Source of the DNA: Bacillaceae bacterium
Lineage (GTDB): Bacteria > Bacillota > Bacilli > JACDOE01
Length of the DNA stretch: 64,000 nucleotides
NCBI GenBank assembly: GCA_017656255.1
Contig: JACDOE010000010.1
Coordinates: 36,400 to 100,399, forward strand
Reading direction: 5' to 3'
Position 1 is the stretch's first letter. Each line of letters starts with the position of its first letter. Of the stretch, positions 34,566 through 42,896 are shown piece by piece. Below the pieces are notes generated by a model that saw only the letters and a program-made list of their open reading frames with translations, was not told where the DNA came from and searched no databases. A program made the position numbers and the translations under genes.

Positions 34566-35798
34566 ATGGATCAATTTGCTGAAAAACTTGAAAAATACGC
34601 TGAACTGGCTGTCAAAAAAGGGGTAAACATCCAGAAGGATCAAACCCTGGTGATCCACGCCCCGATTACAGCCGCCGATTTTGTGCGAAGAACCGCCAGA
34701 ATTGCCTATCAAAGCGGAGCACGGCATGTTCATGTCGACTGGCAGGATGAACAATTGTCACTCACCCGCTTTATGTATGCTCCGGACGAATCATTTGATG
34801 AATATCCGATGTGGAAAGCCAGAGGTCTGGAAGAAATGGCGGAAAACGGCGCCGCTTTCCTGGCAATTTATGCGCCAAATCCCGATCTGTTGAAAGATGC
34901 AGATCCGGATCGCGTGGCCCGCGCCAATCGCGCCAGTGCGCAGGCCCTTGAAAAATATGCCGACTACCGGAAAAAAGATGAGGTGAGTTGGTCGATTATT
35001 TCAGTTCCCACGCCGGAATGGGCCACCCGGGTTTTCCCCGATGCCACGGAGGAAGAAGCGATGAATCGGTTGTGGGAGCGCATTTTTAAAGCGACCCGCA
35101 TCGAGGAGGCGGATCCGGTGCAGGCGTGGGATGAACACAGCCGCACGCTGCATGAAAAAGTGAATTATCTCAACCAGAAAAAATATAAAAAGCTTCACTA
35201 CCGGGCACCCGGCACTGACCTGACTGTGGAACTTCCGGATGGGCACATCTGGGTAGGCGGCGGCTCGACCAATAAAAACGGCGTTCCCTTTATCGCCAAC
35301 ATTCCGACAGAAGAAGTGTTCACCCTTCCCAAAAAGGACGGGGTAAACGGAACCGTATCCAGCACCAAACCGCTCAACTACAGCGGAAACCTCATCGACA
35401 ACTTCACCCTGACGTTTAAAGACGGAAAAATTGTTGATTTTAAGGCTGAAAAAGGGGAAGAAACGCTGAAACGCCTGATTGAGACGGACGAAGGATCTCA
35501 TTACCTTGGAGAACTGGCGCTTGTTCCGGATGACTCACCCATATCCAACCAGAACACCATTTTCTACAACACCCTGTTCGATGAGAACGCTTCCTGCCAT
35601 CTGGCAATCGGCGCGGCCTATCCCCTGTGTCTGGAGGGAGGCACCAAAATGAACAAAGAAGAGCTTGAAAAGAACGGAGCCAATACCAGCCTGACTCACG
35701 TCGATTTTATGATCGGTTCCAGCAAGCTGGACATCGACGGCATAACCGAAGACGGAAAAACAGAACCGGTGTTTCGCGGAGGTAACTGGGCATTTTAA
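34566..35798 (+). CDS. aminopeptidase, M29 family (AmpS/PepS-like)
   Basis: 410 aa. 'LEKYAELAVKKGVNIQKDQTLVI', 'GTDLTVEL' and 'HLAIGAAYP' are typical of thermophilic aminopeptidase II family members. Confidence 0.8.
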   Translation: MDQFAEKLEKYAELAVKKGVNIQKDQTLVIHAPITAADFVRRTARIAYQSGARHVHVDWQDEQLSLTRFMYAPDESFDEYPMWKARGLEEMAENGAAFLAIYAPNPDLLKDADPDRVARANRASAQALEKYADYRKKDEVSWSIISVPTPEWATRVFPDATEEEAMNRLWERIFKATRIEEADPVQAWDEHSRTLHEKVNYLNQKKYKKLHYRAPGTDLTVELPDGHIWVGGGSTNKNGVPFIANIPTEEVFTLPKKDGVNGTVSSTKPLNYSGNLIDNFTLTFKDGKIVDFKAEKGEETLKRLIETDEGSHYLGELALVPDDSPISNQNTIFYNTLFDENASCHLAIGAAYPLCLEGGTKMNKEELEKNGANTSLTHVDFMIGSSKLDIDGITEDGKTEPVFRGGNWAF

Positions 35799-35825
35799 AC
35801 TCTCTTTACGGTCCTCCCTGTCAAT

Positions 35826-35853
35826 AAGCCGCCTTGATCAGGCGGCTTTTTCT
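35826..35853 (+). terminator. rho-independent terminator
   Basis: 'AAGCCGCCttgatcaGGCGGCTTttt'. Confidence 0.75.
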
Positions 35854-35871
35854 ATCAGAGCGAATCTTACA

Positions 35872-35907
35872 TTAAAATACCCGGCATCACTGAAACGTGC
35901 CGGGTAT
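35872..35907 (-). terminator. rho-independent terminator of dapA
   Basis: 'ATACCCGGCA-11 nt-TGCCGGGTAT', followed by 'tttta' on the minus strand. Confidence 0.65.
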
Positions 35908-35924
35908 GTATCGATTCCACATGA

Positions 35925-36815
35925 TCAGCTGACCGCATCGGTAATCATCTTGTGGTGAAACACCTGCTTCAATGCCGCCATCTCTTCGTCCGTCAGAGGG
36001 ACCAGGGGCAGACGAACCGATCCAACCTGAACCCCTGTCAACTCCAGCGCCGCCTTGACCGGAGTCGGACTCGGCGCGGCAAACAGAGCTTTCATCATGG
36101 GGAGCAGTTCCCGATGCAGACGGGCTGCCTCCTGTACCTCACCGTTAAAATAGGCTGATACCATTTGTTTCATTTCGTTACCAATCACGTGAGACGCCAC
36201 GGATACCACACCCCGACCCCCGATGGACAGGACGGGAAGTGTCATGGAATCGTCTCCGCTGTACAGGCTGAAATCAGCATCGGTTTGTTGAATGATCTCT
36301 GCCATCGCGTCCAAATTGCCACTCGCTTCTTTAACCGCAACGATATTTTCAATCCGGGACAGCCGCACGATGGTCTCGACAGAGATGTTGACGACACTTC
36401 TGCCCGGGATATTGTAGAGCATCACCGGAAGTGTTGTTGATTCTGCAATCGCCTTGAAGTGCTGATACAACCCTTCCTGTGACGGTTTGTTGTAATAGGG
36501 AGCCACCAGCATAATCCCATCAACGCCGCAACGCTCCGCTTCTCTTGTCAATGCAATCGATTCCGCCGTATTGTAAGAACCGGTTCCGGCAATAACCGGG
36601 ACCCGTCCGTCAACAACTTCCACCACATGCCTGAATAACTGGATTTTCTCATCCTTCGAGAGTGTCGGAGATTCCCCCGTTGTACCGGCTACGACAAGTC
36701 CGTCGGACCCATTGCTGATCAAATGGCGGATCAGCTTACTGGTTGCCTCGAAATCCACTTCATTGTTCTGATCAAACGGTGTTACCATTGCCGTCAATAC
36801 CTGACCAAAGTTCAT
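35925..36815 (-). CDS. dapA: 4-hydroxy-tetrahydrodipicolinate synthase
   Basis: 296 aa with 'ALVTPF', 'GLVVAGTTGESPTLS', 'VIAGTGSYNT' and 'YNIPGRS'. These are classic DapA motifs. Confidence 0.92.
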   Translation of the reverse strand: MNFGQVLTAMVTPFDQNNEVDFEATSKLIRHLISNGSDGLVVAGTTGESPTLSKDEKIQLFRHVVEVVDGRVPVIAGTGSYNTAESIALTREAERCGVDGIMLVAPYYNKPSQEGLYQHFKAIAESTTLPVMLYNIPGRSVVNISVETIVRLSRIENIVAVKEASGNLDAMAEIIQQTDADFSLYSGDDSMTLPVLSIGGRGVVSVASHVIGNEMKQMVSAYFNGEVQEAARLHRELLPMMKALFAAPSPTPVKAALELTGVQVGSVRLPLVPLTDEEMAALKQVFHHKMITDAVS

Positions 36816-36900
36816 GCATTTTCACCCTCTACTTAGAATTTTAGATTGCCGGGTATCTCCGCCTGACCTGAGACGTTCACACCAAACGCCCTTTAAACGC

Positions 36901-37140
36901 AAAAAAGCAACAGCGGAGGGTTTCCGTTGTTGCTTTAGAAACAATACCGGATCGTTTCCTTAGCGTGAGATAGCCCTCCATATAGCAACAAGACTATATG
37001 ACAGTTCTGCACTTATTCAGTGCAAAACCAGCTGCAGGAATCATGAGCTTCCCGAAGCTTCGGCAAATCCCCCTTTCCACAACCTTCACCGGAGCTCATT
37101 CTCCTCTGATTGTGTACTGATGGTCTTTGCGCCTCTATCC
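36901..37140 (-). ncRNA. lysine riboswitch (L-box) with terminator, leader of dapA
   Basis: The minus strand reads 'GATAGAGGCGC...GAGCTCCGGTGAAGG...GCCGAAGC...CTGG...GAACTGTCA...TGGAGGGCTATC'. The terminator 'AGCAACAACGGaaaccctCCGCTGTTGCTTTTTT' follows at 36901-36936. Confidence 0.85.
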
Positions 37141-37186
37141 TCACTCCATATATATTACTGAAGCAGGAAATATTGAATTTTCCTGT

Positions 37187-37215
37187 ACTATATCAAATAA
37201 ATTTTTTTCTTGCAA
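37187..37215 (-). promoter_or_regulatory. sigma-A-type promoter for the L-box/dapA transcript
   Basis: Minus strand: TTGCAA, 17 nt, TATAGT. Confidence 0.5.
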
Positions 37216-37240
37216 GGTGTTTGTCACATTTTTTTGTATT

Positions 37241-37280
37241 TTTATAAAATCAGGCCGTTACTCCGCAAGGAGTAACAGCC
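37241..37280 (-). terminator. terminator of MCP gene 1
   Basis: 'GGCTGTTACTCCttgcGGAGTAACGGCC' on the minus strand, followed by a T-rich tract. Confidence 0.6.
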
Positions 37281-37296
37281 TTAAATGTAAGATCTG

Positions 37297-39033
37297 TTAC
37301 ATTTTGAATCGGGACAGGGACTGATTCAATTCTTCCGCCATCTGGGCCAGGTTCTCGGCCATGCTGTTGATCTCCTGCATGGACGCGTTCTGCTGTTCCA
37401 TCGAGGCAGACAGTTCTTCCGTTCCCGCGGATGATTCTTCCGTCACGGCAGCGATGTCTTCCACCGCTTTCACACCCTGTTCCACTCTTCCCGTAATCTG
37501 TTCCGTTGCCATCGACACCTGCTGGATCTTGCCGCCCATCTCCTGGATGATTGCCGCAATCTCTTCGAAGGTCTTGCCGTTGGTTTCGATTACTTCCGAA
37601 CCTTCTTTGACCTGATCCACCGCTTCCTGCATCACCGTACCGGCTTCTTCTGCTTCCTTCAGCACCGAATGAACGATATCGGCGATCTCATTGGTAGATT
37701 TACCCGCCTGTTCTGCCAGTTTCCGTACTTCATCAGCCACCACGGCAAACCCTCTTCCCTGTTCACCGGCACGGGCTGCTTCAATCGCTGCATTCAGTGC
37801 CAGCAGGTTGGTCTGCTCGGCTATTTCATTGATCACTTTCAAGATTTCACTGATCTCTTTCGACTTTTCACTCAGCGTAAACACCACATTGGCCGATTGT
37901 GACACTTTCTGTTCGATGATTTGCATCTGTTCGATGGACTGATGGGCACTTTCCGCTCCCTGCCTGGATGCTTCATCTCCCCGGCGGGAACTTTCTTCCA
38001 TCTCCGTGGCACTGGCATTAATCTGTTTGATCTCTTCGTCGATCTGCTGCATGATCTCCAGCGCACTGCCTGCCTGCTCCGCCTGTGTGGTAGCACCTGC
38101 CGCCAGTTCTTCGGTGGTGGCAGATACCTGTTCGATTCCCTGGGTGATCTGGTTGGACGAAGCCGTCAGTTCCTCACTGGAGCCCGTCACCTTCTCAGAA
38201 ATGGTGCTGGCATCCTTGATCAGGGATCTCAGGTTATCCACCATGGCGTTCATGGCCTCGGACAGCTGACCGATCTCATCTTTCGAACGCACTTTCATCT
38301 GCGAAATCGCCAGGTTACCGTCCGCCAGCTGTTTCATTTTCTCCGTAATCTGTACGATCGGCGTACCCATGCGTCCGGCAAACATATAAATCACCACGAT
38401 ACCCACCACCAGTGCAATACCGAGGGTCAGCATCAACACCTGCAGAATACGGGTCGCTCCGCTGTTATAGTCCTCCATGTAAGAACCGGCACTGATCACC
38501 CATCCCCAGTGAGGGTCCAGTTCGCTGTAAGAAATTTTCGGCGCCAGTTTATCGGGGTTATCGGGAAGCGGCCACTCGTAATAGGTGAAACCTCCGCCTT
38601 CCTGAGCCTTTTTAATAAAATCACGAATAAAATAAAAACCGTTTTGTGTCTGGAAATCCCACATGTTTTTCCCTTCTACTGCGGGATGAGCCAGGGTATT
38701 CCCTTTTTGATCCACAACGGTAAAGTACCCGCGGGCCCCCAGATCGATCGTCTTATCGACCGGGCGCTTGCCCTCACTGTTTTTTTCACCGAGAATCTGT
38801 ACTTTGACCCGCTCCTGAGCTTCTTCGAGGGTCAGGGTTCCTTTCTGTACTTCCTCATCCAGCGTGGCAATCATTTTTTTAACCATCCGTACATTATTCT
38901 GGAGTCCCGTCGCTCCGGCATCATTCAGCTCATTCTCGGCGATCTGATAGGCTATCACGCCGATGATGAGACCGGGTATCACCAGTAAAGCAAGGCTGAT
39001 CAAAATAAGTTTCGCTTTAATGTTAAGTTTCAT
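37297..39033 (-). CDS. methyl-accepting chemotaxis protein (dCache-type sensor, HAMP, MA domain), paralog 1
   Basis: 578 aa with an N-terminal TM helix, a periplasmic Cache-like region, a second TM helix, a HAMP domain and the highly conserved signalling hairpin '[40 protein letters not shown]'. Confidence 0.9.
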   Translation of the reverse strand: MKLNIKAKLILISLALLVIPGLIIGVIAYQIAENELNDAGATGLQNNVRMVKKMIATLDEEVQKGTLTLEEAQERVKVQILGEKNSEGKRPVDKTIDLGARGYFTVVDQKGNTLAHPAVEGKNMWDFQTQNGFYFIRDFIKKAQEGGGFTYYEWPLPDNPDKLAPKISYSELDPHWGWVISAGSYMEDYNSGATRILQVLMLTLGIALVVGIVVIYMFAGRMGTPIVQITEKMKQLADGNLAISQMKVRSKDEIGQLSEAMNAMVDNLRSLIKDASTISEKVTGSSEELTASSNQITQGIEQVSATTEELAAGATTQAEQAGSALEIMQQIDEEIKQINASATEMEESSRRGDEASRQGAESAHQSIEQMQIIEQKVSQSANVVFTLSEKSKEISEILKVINEIAEQTNLLALNAAIEAARAGEQGRGFAVVADEVRKLAEQAGKSTNEIADIVHSVLKEAEEAGTVMQEAVDQVKEGSEVIETNGKTFEEIAAIIQEMGGKIQQVSMATEQITGRVEQGVKAVEDIAAVTEESSAGTEELSASMEQQNASMQEINSMAENLAQMAEELNQSLSRFKM

Positions 39034-39074
39034 TGTCCTACTCCCATCCTTTTAATCTGTCTTTGTATATGAAT

Positions 39075-39235
39075 ATAAAAAGACTATTTCAACCATATGA
39101 AATAGCCTCCGTTACCTGTAGATGCACGTTCCCTGAAGCTGGTTCTCTCTTCGGTAACCCGGCATCTGTTCGATCTGATTTCAGACACCTGGGCTTTGCG
39201 CCCCCATCTCTCAATGAGTTTGCCGTTTCGGAGTT
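39075..39235 (-). ncRNA. c-di-GMP-I (GEMM-I) riboswitch with terminator, leader of MCP gene 1
   Basis: The minus strand reads 'GGCAAACTCATTGAGAGATGGGGGCGCAAAGCC...CCGGGTTACCGAAG', with a GNRA-capped P1a and the GCGCAAAGCC core. A hairpin 'CTATTTCAtatggTTGAAATAG' plus a T-run follows at 39083-39105. Confidence 0.8.
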
Positions 39236-39287
39236 CATTATGTATTTGTGACAAAAACATGAAAGTTTTTCCTGTAAAACAATTAAT

Positions 39288-39316
39288 AATATACGACAAT
39301 TTTTTATATTTTTCAA
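39288..39316 (-). promoter_or_regulatory. sigma-A-type promoter of the riboswitch/MCP-1 transcript
   Basis: Minus strand: TTGAAA, 17 nt, TATATT. The block is conserved at 41460-41488. Confidence 0.55.
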
Positions 39317-39431
39317 CATCTGCAGTGTAAAATTGCAGTTAAAAAGTACTATTTCCTTTGTACCAGTAGGTGATCAGGGAATTCGCAAAAAATTATTTTG
39401 CACGTCGTTAAATAGTCTGTCTGAAACAAAA

Positions 39432-39464
39432 TAAAAATGCCGCCACTCCCGAAGGAGTAACGGC
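39432..39464 (-). terminator. terminator of MCP gene 2
   Basis: 'GCCGTTACTCCttcgGGAGTGGCGGC' followed by 'atttttatttt' on the minus strand. Confidence 0.6.
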
Positions 39465-39479
39465 ATGATCTGACCGCTG

Positions 39480-41219
39480 TTACATTTTGAATCGGGACAG
39501 GGATTGATTCAATTCTTCCGCCATCTGGGCCAGGTTCTCGGCCATGCTGTTGATCTCCTGCATGGACGCGTTCTGCTGTTCCATCGAGGCAGACAGTTCT
39601 TCCGTTCCCGCGGATGATTCTTCCGTCACGGCAGCGATGTCTTCCACCGCTTTCACACCCTGTTCCACTCTTCCCGTAATCTGTTCCGTTGCCATCGACA
39701 CCTGCTGGATCTTGCCGCCCATCTCCTGGATGATTGCCGCAATCTCTTCGAAGGTCTTGCCGTTGGTTTCGATTACTTCCGAACCTTCTTTGACCTGATC
39801 CACCGCTTCCTGCATCACCGTACCGGCTTCTTCTGCTTCCTTCAGCACCGAATGAACGATATCGGCGATCTCATTGGTAGATTTACCCGCCTGTTCTGCC
39901 AGTTTCCGTACTTCATCAGCCACCACGGCAAACCCTCTTCCCTGTTCACCGGCACGGGCTGCTTCAATCGCTGCATTCAGTGCCAGCAGGTTGGTCTGCT
40001 CGGCTATTTCATTGATCACTTTCAAGATTTCACTGATCTCTTTCGACTTTTCACTCAGCGTAAACACCACATTGGCCGATTGTGACACTTTCTGTTCGAT
40101 GATTTGCATCTGTTCGATGGACTGATGGGCACTTTCCGCTCCCTGCCTGGATGCTTCATCTCCCCGGCGGGAACTTTCTTCCATCTCCGTGGCACTGGCA
40201 TTAATCTGTTTGATCTCTTCGTCGATCTGCTGCATGATCTCCAGCGCACTGCCTGCCTGCTCCGCCTGTGTGGTAGCACCTGCCGCCAGTTCTTCGGTGG
40301 TGGCAGATACCTGTTCGATTCCCTGGGTGATCTGGTTGGACGAAGCCGTCAGTTCCTCACTGGAGCCCGTCACCTTCTCAGAAATGGTGCTGGCATCCTT
40401 GATCAGGGATCTCAGGTTATCCACCATGGCGTTCATGGCCTCGGACAGCTGACCGATCTCATCTTTCGAACGCACCTTCATCTGCGAAATCGCCAGGTTA
40501 CCGTCCGCCAGCTGTTTCATTCTCTCCGTAATCTGTACGATCGGCGTACCCATGCGTCCGGCAAACAGGTAAATGGCCACGATACCTACCACCAGCGCAA
40601 TGCCGAGGGTCAGCATCAATACCTGCAGAATACGGGTTGCTCCGCTGTTATAATCTTTCATATAGGAACCGGCAGCCACTATCCAACCCCAGTGGGGATC
40701 CAGTTCCGTGTATGCAATCTTGGGCGCAAGAGAGTCCGGGTCATCCGGAAGCGGCCAGTCATAATAAGTGAATCCTCCGCCCTCCTCCGCCTTCTTTACC
40801 ATATCACGGGCAAAGTAGTATCCGTCTTCTGTTTTTGTATCCCACAAACTCTCTCCCTCAAGCAGTGGATGTGCAATAAGGACTGCTTTTCGCGACATAA
40901 CAAAATAGTAACCGTTTTCACCAATGTCAATCGTTTTATCGATCGGGCGCTTGCCCTCACTGTTCATTTCTCCCAGAATCTGTACCTTCACCCGCTCCTG
41001 GGCTTCTTCGAGGGTCAGGGTTCCTTTCTGTACTTCCTCATCCAGGGCGGCAATCATCTTTTTTACCAGGCGGACATCATTTTTCAATCCCGTAGCCCCG
41101 GCGTTGTTCAATTCGTCCTTGGCAATCTGAAAGGCCGTCATCCCGATGATCAGGCCGGGGACCGCCAGCAAAGCAAGGCTGATTAAGATAAGCTTGGCTT
41201 TAATGTTGATGAGTTTCAT
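39480..41219 (-). CDS. methyl-accepting chemotaxis protein, paralog 2
   Basis: 579 aa. The C-terminal 330 aa or so match paralog 1 exactly, while the sensor domain has diverged. Confidence 0.9.
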   Translation of the reverse strand: MKLINIKAKLILISLALLAVPGLIIGMTAFQIAKDELNNAGATGLKNDVRLVKKMIAALDEEVQKGTLTLEEAQERVKVQILGEMNSEGKRPIDKTIDIGENGYYFVMSRKAVLIAHPLLEGESLWDTKTEDGYYFARDMVKKAEEGGGFTYYDWPLPDDPDSLAPKIAYTELDPHWGWIVAAGSYMKDYNSGATRILQVLMLTLGIALVVGIVAIYLFAGRMGTPIVQITERMKQLADGNLAISQMKVRSKDEIGQLSEAMNAMVDNLRSLIKDASTISEKVTGSSEELTASSNQITQGIEQVSATTEELAAGATTQAEQAGSALEIMQQIDEEIKQINASATEMEESSRRGDEASRQGAESAHQSIEQMQIIEQKVSQSANVVFTLSEKSKEISEILKVINEIAEQTNLLALNAAIEAARAGEQGRGFAVVADEVRKLAEQAGKSTNEIADIVHSVLKEAEEAGTVMQEAVDQVKEGSEVIETNGKTFEEIAAIIQEMGGKIQQVSMATEQITGRVEQGVKAVEDIAAVTEESSAGTEELSASMEQQNASMQEINSMAENLAQMAEELNQSLSRFKM

Positions 41220-41254
41220 ATGTAGCTTCCCATCCTTCTTTTCTTTTTGATGAT

Positions 41255-41410
41255 TATAAAAAGGCTATTTCAACCCGTTGAAATAGCCTTCGTTACCTGC
41301 TGTTGATGACTCTTGATGAGGATTTCTCACGGTAACCCGGCATCTTTCATCTACTTCACAGACACCAGGGCTTTGCGCCCCCATCTTTCGATGAGTTTGC
41401 CTTTTCTAAA
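41255..41410 (-). ncRNA. c-di-GMP-I (GEMM-I) riboswitch with terminator, leader of MCP gene 2
   Basis: The minus strand reads 'GGCAAACTCATCGAAAGATGGGGGCGCAAAGCC...CCGGGTTACCGTGAG'. The hairpin 'GGCTATTTCAacgggTTGAAATAGCC' plus a T-run follows. A compensatory change occurs in P1a relative to copy 1. Confidence 0.8.
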
Positions 41411-41459
41411 TCCTGTTGAAACGACATATCGTAAGATATTCCCGATTCATTTATACTAA

Positions 41460-41488
41460 AATATACGACAATTTTTGTTATTTTTCAA
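41460..41488 (-). promoter_or_regulatory. sigma-A-type promoter of the riboswitch/MCP-2 transcript
   Basis: Minus strand: TTGAAA, 17 nt, TATATT. Confidence 0.55.
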
Positions 41489-41577
41489 CAATTATTGTGT
41501 CGAGTGGGATAATAAAGGTTTATATCCTATGATAAATTATTATAGCCCCGATCACCACGGTTGGGCCGGCCGGGACT

Positions 41578-42075
41578 TTAATTTTTTACCTCATAGAAAC
41601 GATGCTCAAATGTCAGCTTGTCCCCAACAGTCAAGACACCATATGAATAGCGGGGTTGTCTGCGTTTATCCGTTGGAGAGCCCGGATTAAACAAAATGAT
41701 TCCGTCACGTTCTTCAAGCAGCGGAATATGCGAATGACCGAAAATAATGGCATCCACCTGTTCCCCCTTAAAGGCATCCACCGCCCGCTGTAAGGTAGTC
41801 TTCCCCCGACCGTCCCCGTGAACGAGACCGACTCTGAACCCTTCCAGAGAGAGAATCTTCTTTTTGCCAAACCGCCGGATGATCTCTTCGCCGTCTACAT
41901 TACCTGCTACCCCTTCAACCGGGGCGTAGGTTCTAAGTAACTCATAGATCTCCATGGTCTGCCAGTCTCCGGCATGGATGATGAGATCCGCCTGTTCCAG
42001 CTCCTCCACCAGTTGATGGGGGAATTCCTTAGCGCGACGCGGCATATGGGTATCGGAAACAACACAGACTCTCAT
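41578..42075 (-). CDS. YfcE/MJ0936-family metallophosphoesterase
   Basis: Contains 'VVSDTHMP', 'IIHAGD', 'GNVD', 'LVHGD' and 'FGHSHIP'. Confidence 0.8.
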   Translation of the reverse strand: MRVCVVSDTHMPRRAKEFPHQLVEELEQADLIIHAGDWQTMEIYELLRTYAPVEGVAGNVDGEEIIRRFGKKKILSLEGFRVGLVHGDGRGKTTLQRAVDAFKGEQVDAIIFGHSHIPLLEERDGIILFNPGSPTDKRRQPRYSYGVLTVGDKLTFEHRFYEVKN

Positions 42076-42704
42076 GCCTGACGACCTCCTGAAGGTAACA
42101 TTTTTAAATAGGTCAACACCTGATCGGGATGATCAATCAGGTTCCATCCCCTGGCCTGCAATTGTTCTTGATGGACACGATTAAATGACTCCGCCTCTTC
42201 GATAATACTTCTTTGCCACGTTTTCAATTGCTGCCGGGTTTCTTCCGCAGCCTGATCTTCAATGGTATGACAGACAAACGAGCGGCAGATACTGGTCTTG
42301 TAACGGGGTGGCAGGCCGCACCCCTTTCCTGAAACAAAAAAAGAACAGATCGAATATGTCATCTTGAAATCCACCGCGCGATAACGGGTGGAAGCATTGG
42401 CCAGCCATTTCCTGTATTTCTCCTGTTCCTCTGAACGGTAAAACCGGTCATCCACCTGTGCTTCAACCAGGATCTCGTAAGGGAAGATACGTCGTTTCGG
42501 ATGATGATAGATATGATTCATAAAAAAATCGTCATCTCCATCCCGCACCATTTTATAGATTTCAAACAGAGTAAACACCGGCTCATACCGGCAGCACCCC
42601 ACATTTTCCATATCGTCAAAAACAGGCGTGAAATCCGGATCACCGCAGTGCATACACAGCGAGGAAAGGATCTGTTTGTTGTCACCGTCCCAGCGGCAGG
42701 ACAT
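42072..42704 (-). CDS. Cys-rich hypothetical protein (possible YkgJ/UPF0153-like cysteine cluster)
   Basis: 210 aa with 'CMHCGDPD...VGCCRYEP' and 'CSFFVSGKGCG...SICRSFVCH'. It overlaps the downstream gene by 4 nt. Confidence 0.4.
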   Translation of the reverse strand: MSCRWDGDNKQILSSLCMHCGDPDFTPVFDDMENVGCCRYEPVFTLFEIYKMVRDGDDDFFMNHIYHHPKRRIFPYEILVEAQVDDRFYRSEEQEKYRKWLANASTRYRAVDFKMTYSICSFFVSGKGCGLPPRYKTSICRSFVCHTIEDQAAEETRQQLKTWQRSIIEEAESFNRVHQEQLQARGWNLIDHPDQVLTYLKMLPSGGRQA

Positions 42705-42896
42705 ACCACATTCTCCTTTGTTTCTGAGCTAATATTATGTTCATTATCTTAACACATCCCCCGGTATCACGGGAAACGAAATACTTTCCCCCGGCAGATC
42801 ACCCCTGTTGACGCAAGGATAAAATATTTGAAAATTCGTGAAATAACATCTACAATGAAAGAAGTTAGGAAAAGTCAGTGTTCAGGAGGAAAATCA

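Noticed and set aside
37921-38988. Long plus-strand ORFs (355 aa here and 360 aa at 40104-41186, plus several 70-90 aa ones) antisense to the two MCP genes
   Set aside because: They are Gly/Arg/His/Leu-rich, low-complexity shadows of the highly repetitive Ala/Glu-rich MCP coding frame. They have no RBS and no recognisable domains, while the MCP frame has unmistakable conserved motifs.
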